A DNA stretch of 64,000 nucleotides, taken from positions 32,001-96,000 of the forward strand of contig JBCBUK010000001.1 in assembly GCA_039818205.1 (NCBI GenBank), in the 5' to 3' direction. The DNA is from Verrucomicrobiota bacterium (GTDB lineage: Bacteria > Verrucomicrobiota > Verrucomicrobiia > Opitutales > Cerasicoccaceae). Below are positions 59,738 to 64,000 of the stretch, piece after piece (within the stretch, counting starts at the first letter, position 1; every line of letters begins with the position of its first letter). Position numbers and translations under genes: made by a program. The notes below the pieces were generated by a model. It saw only the letters and a program-made list of their open reading frames with translations, did not search any database and was not told the origin of the DNA.

Positions 59738-59793
59738 GTAGAACGATGAGTGCGGGGACGGCGCCAGCCGTTCCTAGACACGACTTGTTCCAA
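59738..59793 (-). repeat. attC-like site 1 (intact)
   Basis: TTGGAAC-aagtc-GTG…GGAACGGC/GCCGTCCC…CAC-tcatc-GTTCTAC; 56 bp; inverse core complements GTTCCAA at 60168-60174. Confidence 0.75.
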
Positions 59794-59808
59794 TTCAATT
59801 TTCTTATG

Positions 59809-60162
59809 TCAAATGTCATCATCTGTGCCAAACTTACGATCCTTTCCAGCACTCACCGCAACCAATCTCCCTTGTTCATTTCGCTTAAACTTTATTTGGG
59901 TTCCCCATAAATCCAAAATGTTTCCCTCATCATCAAGCTTTTCTAAACCAATCGAATAAAACTTGATCTTCTTTTCATTTTCTCCTGTCACCAATAATAA
60001 TACATTTTTGTTAGATAAGTCTACTATTCTCTCACCATACTCCTCTTCATACATTTGAACTGCCAAACTCAATTGCTGGGTTAAGACTCGGTCTTTTGAC
60101 TTTCCTGGATGTTTTGAACATGCTGCTAGAAAAATCAGTGCTAGAGTAAAAAATATCTTCAC
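59809..60162 (-). CDS. Cassette 1 lipoprotein with GspG C-terminal-like domain
   Basis: Lipobox LAAC; DLWGT…VSAGKDRKFGTDDDI resembles the pseudopilin G C-terminal motif; very AT-rich. Confidence 0.7.
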   Translation of the reverse strand: MKIFFTLALIFLAACSKHPGKSKDRVLTQQLSLAVQMYEEEYGERIVDLSNKNVLLLVTGENEKKIKFYSIGLEKLDDEGNILDLWGTQIKFKRNEQGRLVAVSAGKDRKFGTDDDI

Positions 60163-60167
60163 TTTAT

Positions 60168-60192
60168 TTGGAACAGGTTAGTATACGCGCAC
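60168..60192 (-). other. Candidate attI site
   Basis: GTGCGCGTATACTAACCT-GTTCCAA: GTT core heading cassette 1 with no attC hairpin upstream. Confidence 0.5.
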
Positions 60193-60692
60193 GATGCGAT
60201 TGTTACCGGTTTTACGACTGGTTTGTGTTGGTCGCATGGAACTGACCATAAATATTCCCTAACCGACTCGGCAACACTATTTTGTGATTGTCTGATACAG
60301 TTTAATTGCATTGTCGGTCCTCGGGCCATCAAACCCTACCGCAATGGCCAAAAACCTCGCAATACACAGGGATTGCGGGCGATTGGGCCGGGTCGTATAT
60401 CAAAACCAGCAAACACAACACCAGAGATCCAGTCTCGCAAATCGAATAGCGTGCTCAAATTTGTAATTTTTAGATTGATATTAGGTCAATATCTGCATTC
60501 GAAGCGGCATGAGGTATAACTTACGGTCCCCAACTGGATTGATGAGCTCAAGAGCGCGGCTTTCCTGGATGCCCTCTGGGTGTGTCTAATTGTCAGTTCA
60601 ATCACCCAGCGGCAGGCACTCGACGCGGTGGTTTTCCATTGGGGCACCCAATTCGTTCTTGGCAATCCGCCCGGAGCCAGTTCCATAGCTCA

Positions 60693-62807
60693 GTGGAAAA
60701 GGCACGGGAGGCATTGAAAAGACACTTCGGTCATGAGGAATTTCGAAATCCTCAGCAAGAGATTGTTCATGCGATTCTCTCGGGCCAGAATACGTTAGTT
60801 ATCATGCCAACCGGCGGCGGTAAGAGCCTGTGCTACCAGCTCCCTGCCCTGCTCTTAGAAGGCGTAACATTGGTGGTATCGCCATTAATCGCCTTGATGA
60901 AGGATCAGGTCGATACGCTGCGAGCTCGCGGAATTCCTGCTGGGATGATCAATAGTTCTCAATCTTGGCAGGAGCAGCGAATGACTCTGGATGGAATGCG
61001 ATCTGGAGCCCTCAAACTGGTTTACATCTCGCCTGAACGTTTTCGAGCGGAATCCTTTGTCCGCTCCCTTGAGGGAACGCGCATAGCAATGCTCGCGATC
61101 GACGAAGCCCATTGCATCAGCCAGTGGGGGCACGACTTTCGCCCAGACTACATGCGACTGGGTGAAGCCGTAGAGATCTTGGACCGCCCATTGTGCACAG
61201 CGTTTACTGCCACGGCTACCCCTGAGGTTCGGGAAGACATAGTAAAGAATCTCCGACTCCGGGACCCAAAAGTCTTCGTTTCCGGATTCTCTCGCCCAAA
61301 CCTATCGTTCTCGATCCGCATTGTTGAAAGAAAGCTCCAGAAGGAGGTTCGGATGCGCAAGATTATTGAGGAACACAAAACTGGAATCATCTACTGCGCG
61401 ACCCGAAAAAGCGTTGATTCCGTATCTGCGGGTTTAACCGATGACAACATTCCCCATGTCATCTATCACGCCGGGATGCCACAAGCGATGCGCGAGGCAG
61501 CACAAGATGCCTTTGTGAATGGCTATGCGTCAGTTGCCGTCGCCACCAGTGCTTTCGGCATGGGCATCGACCGTTCGGACATCAGATTTGTCTGTCATTA
61601 TGAAATGCCCGGAAGTATTGAAGCGTTTTATCAGGAAGCCGGCCGCGCCGGGCGAGATGGCAAACCAGCGTTTTGCGAGATGCTGTTCATGCATGCCGAC
61701 AAGCGGATCCAGGAGTTTTTTATTGAGGGCGCGAATCCTGATGTCTCAACCATCCGGCAAGTCTATGGATTCATCCGGTCACGAATAAACAGCGACAACG
61801 AGATGTTTTTGCCTGCCGACGAAATTGCCGACGGCCTACCTGGTAAAACCAATCCAATGGCGGTCAATACGTCGATTGGGCATTTGAGGCGACGGGGCTA
61901 CCTAGAGCGTTTTGATGTCACCGGAGAACGAATCCGTGGCACTCGTGTTCTACAGCCCGAAATTACCTGCTCTGAACTGGAGCTGGCCAGTTCAACTCTT
62001 GCCGAGAAAAAACGGCGAGACCACGACAAATTAAAGAAAGTCATTCAAATGGCTTACGCACGTGAATGTCGGCAATCGTGGATACTCAAATATTTTGGAG
62101 AACCAGTCACCGAAAACTGCCTGCGGTGCGACGAGTGTAACAACGAGTATAATACGCGGACCCTCAATGCAGAAGAAACTGCAATCGTTCAGAAAGCCCT
62201 AAGCGGCGTCGCGCGCATGTCGCAACGGGTCAACCGGTACGATTGGGCTCCCCGTTTCGGGAAGGTAAAAATCATCAGTTGCTTACTCGGAAGCAAAGAG
62301 TCCAAGCTCATCAACCTTGGCCTAGATAAGTTGAGCACCTACGGCCTGCTTAAGGAGTACGGCAAACCGTTTACCAACCAGTTGTTTAAATCGCTTGAAG
62401 ATGCCCGGCTCATTGAAACTGTGGAAGGCGAATTCCCCTTGCTTCGGCTGACTGAAAGCGGGTCAAAAGTAATGTTCGGCAATGCGATAGTCGCCCTGGA
62501 ATGGCCCGAGCCTGATAATGACGGAACTACCGACTCCGGCGGGAGCGGCTCTAGAACTCAAAATGAAATTCCCGATATAAACCAGGATCTTTATCGTCAA
62601 CTCGTTAGTCTTCGCGACCAAATTCGCCGGCAACGCGGCAATGTTCCTGCGTATACGATTTTCCCCAATAATGTCCTCGCTCAGCTTGCGCACCTGAAGC
62701 CAGCATCATCAAAACAAGCGATGGAGATTAAAGGAATCGGCCCGGTTAAAGCTCAATCAATTCTACCAGACTTTTTGGACGCTATTAGGAAGTTTGAGGG
62801 AAATTAG
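60693..62807 (+). CDS. recQ: ATP-dependent DNA helicase RecQ family
   Basis: PTGGGKSLCYQ, DEAHCISQWGHDFRPDY, QEAGRAGRDG, Zn motif, RQC and HRDC domains; GTG 60693 preferred. Confidence 0.93.
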   Translation: MEKAREALKRHFGHEEFRNPQQEIVHAILSGQNTLVIMPTGGGKSLCYQLPALLLEGVTLVVSPLIALMKDQVDTLRARGIPAGMINSSQSWQEQRMTLDGMRSGALKLVYISPERFRAESFVRSLEGTRIAMLAIDEAHCISQWGHDFRPDYMRLGEAVEILDRPLCTAFTATATPEVREDIVKNLRLRDPKVFVSGFSRPNLSFSIRIVERKLQKEVRMRKIIEEHKTGIIYCATRKSVDSVSAGLTDDNIPHVIYHAGMPQAMREAAQDAFVNGYASVAVATSAFGMGIDRSDIRFVCHYEMPGSIEAFYQEAGRAGRDGKPAFCEMLFMHADKRIQEFFIEGANPDVSTIRQVYGFIRSRINSDNEMFLPADEIADGLPGKTNPMAVNTSIGHLRRRGYLERFDVTGERIRGTRVLQPEITCSELELASSTLAEKKRRDHDKLKKVIQMAYARECRQSWILKYFGEPVTENCLRCDECNNEYNTRTLNAEETAIVQKALSGVARMSQRVNRYDWAPRFGKVKIISCLLGSKESKLINLGLDKLSTYGLLKEYGKPFTNQLFKSLEDARLIETVEGEFPLLRLTESGSKVMFGNAIVALEWPEPDNDGTTDSGGSGSRTQNEIPDINQDLYRQLVSLRDQIRRQRGNVPAYTIFPNNVLAQLAHLKPASSKQAMEIKGIGPVKAQSILPDFLDAIRKFEGN

Positions 62808-62949
62808 ACTCTCGAGGTAGCGCAACAACCAGGCACAATAAAACCTTCTACAAGAGATGTCAGGTTCTTTTCTACGCCCATCTACGAGATCGTGATCAAG
62901 AACTAGAATTGGAGCCTCATCGACACCTGACCGGTGCCAATCTAAAGGA

Positions 62950-63618
62950 CTAGTCTTTAGAAGGTCCTTGAGCCCTTTTGAGCAAGCTAGACTTCCACGA
63001 TTCTGAGAGTTCCGCGATATTGGCTAATGCTAACCCTTGCTCGCGGTCTTTTCGCAAATGATGCATCACTTGATTGCATTTCTCGATCGTCCATTGACCA
63101 TTCGGACGATCCGTGAGTCGCATTTCGCCAGACGTCTTAATCTTACCTTCCTGCAGAACCCGAAAATACCAACCGGTTCGACCGTTCTCTTGAACCAAAG
63201 CCGCCAAATTTTTCGTCTGCCATCGACGTGATAGCTTCCAGCACGGTTGGCGCGGTTGCGTAATCTGAAGGACTACATCATCAATCTGAAAGATATCTCC
63301 GATACAGACATCATTTTCTGTTCCTTGACTCGTAGTGAAGTTTTCACCGAATGCTCCATTGGCCATTTCAAGGCCAAGAAGCTCCTTCCAATATCCAAAA
63401 TGCTCGCATGGATAAGCGCAAATAGCCTTATCAGGACCGCCGTGCACCTTGAGATCTGCCTGCCCATCGCCAGCGAGGCCAAGCCGCGTCACCTCAACCG
63501 AGCCAGACACTGGCTGCTTGTAGAACCCGGTATGCCACTCACGCTCGCCGAAAGATTTTTTCGTGGCATCGCCATAGGTTTTTGGCTGACCGGACTGGAC
63601 AGAAACTAATTTCATCAC
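62950..63618 (-). CDS. MOSC domain protein (YiiM-like, 3-alpha tail)
   Basis: GDGQAD…HGGPDKA, FGENF, QPRQPCWKL, GRTGWYFRVL. Confidence 0.92.
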   Translation of the reverse strand: MMKLVSVQSGQPKTYGDATKKSFGEREWHTGFYKQPVSGSVEVTRLGLAGDGQADLKVHGGPDKAICAYPCEHFGYWKELLGLEMANGAFGENFTTSQGTENDVCIGDIFQIDDVVLQITQPRQPCWKLSRRWQTKNLAALVQENGRTGWYFRVLQEGKIKTSGEMRLTDRPNGQWTIEKCNQVMHHLRKDREQGLALANIAELSESWKSSLLKRAQGPSKD

Positions 63619-63880
63619 TTCTAGCTAAACTTTAAGGAGAACATAACCAACCAGCATTGGTCCATAGCCTCATTCTGCTTGGCTCACGGTTGCTTTAGAA
63701 GGGAAATTGCATCGGGATGCAATGAATTCCTCCTGACAGGGACTAGAAATCATTCAATCTAAGATTCTCCACCAAGCGCCATGCCTCAGCGACTTATCGG
63801 AACTACTGCCGCCGAAGACCAGAGGTTCTCATCGAGCAATTAACAAAACATAGACCAACAAAGGACTACAGAAACTAAAG

Positions 63881-64000
63881 CTAGTAGAAACTAGGCTTCT
63901 CGCCCTTCTTAAGCATCCCAAGATACTTATCGAAGCGCCTTTTTCGCGTTTCCGGCTTCTTAGCCGATGTCAATCCATAGGCGATGACGTGTCGATTCGA
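63881..64000 (-). CDS. YdeI/OmpD-associated family protein (3' end only)
   Basis: Manual translation …SNRHVIAYGLTSAKKPETRKRRFDKYLGMLKKGEKPSFY*; AKKPETRxRR motif. Confidence 0.75.
   Translation of the reverse strand, partial: SNRHVIAYGLTSAKKPETRKRRFDKYLGMLKKGEKPSFY

Larger units (their letters stand above)
57040..60192 (-). mobile_element. Integron-like gene cassette array (6 cassettes, candidate attI, no adjacent integrase)
   Basis: Six short co-oriented ORFs with no room for own promoters, each preceded by a GTTC-like core and followed by an imperfect inverted repeat; inverse cores complement the same cassette's 5' core. Confidence 0.75.

Noticed and set aside
59752..59766. GCGGGGACGGCGCCA as a duplicated tRNA-Glu 3' end (attR)
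   Set aside because: Short gapped match that is explained as an arm of attC-like site 1
57040..60192. CRISPR array
   Set aside because: Repeats are divergent and separated by whole genes; no cas genes
60223..60686. Track ORFs as an integrase remnant
   Set aside because: No R-H-R-Y tyrosine recombinase motifs visible; probably non-coding

Overview
Bacterial chromosomal window. Gene content and protein style (SHD1-like module, a recurring C-terminal domain on secreted proteins, long three-domain IspG, Shine-Dalgarno-poor starts) suggest a marine Verrucomicrobiota (Opitutae-like) genome; this is inference. Most of it is housekeeping and metabolism: clpP/tig, accA, sthA, metK-ahcY, ispG, ispH, an HpnO-like aminotransferase, hisS, holA, PPi-PFK, purC, recQ, tRNA-Glu. 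There is also a beta-barrel/Wza/Wzc/O-antigen-ligase polysaccharide export block. Three accessory structures stand out. (1) At 18.8-21.3 kb a sigma-54 enhancer-binding protein with an unrecognised N-terminal domain lies divergent from a -24/-12 promoter. A perfect palindromic candidate enhancer sits upstream, and five tandem 31-63 aa single-TM micro-proteins follow; the ORF track calls none of them with the correct boundaries. (2) At 57.0-60.2 kb there is an eroding integron-like array of six gene cassettes with non-canonical GTTC-type cores, a candidate attI and no adjacent integrase. (3) At 31.5-34.6 kb a kappa-carrageenase-like GH16 lipoprotein and a sugar porter share a 21/22-identical palindromic upstream motif. 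All calls were made by eye from motifs; no database searches were run.
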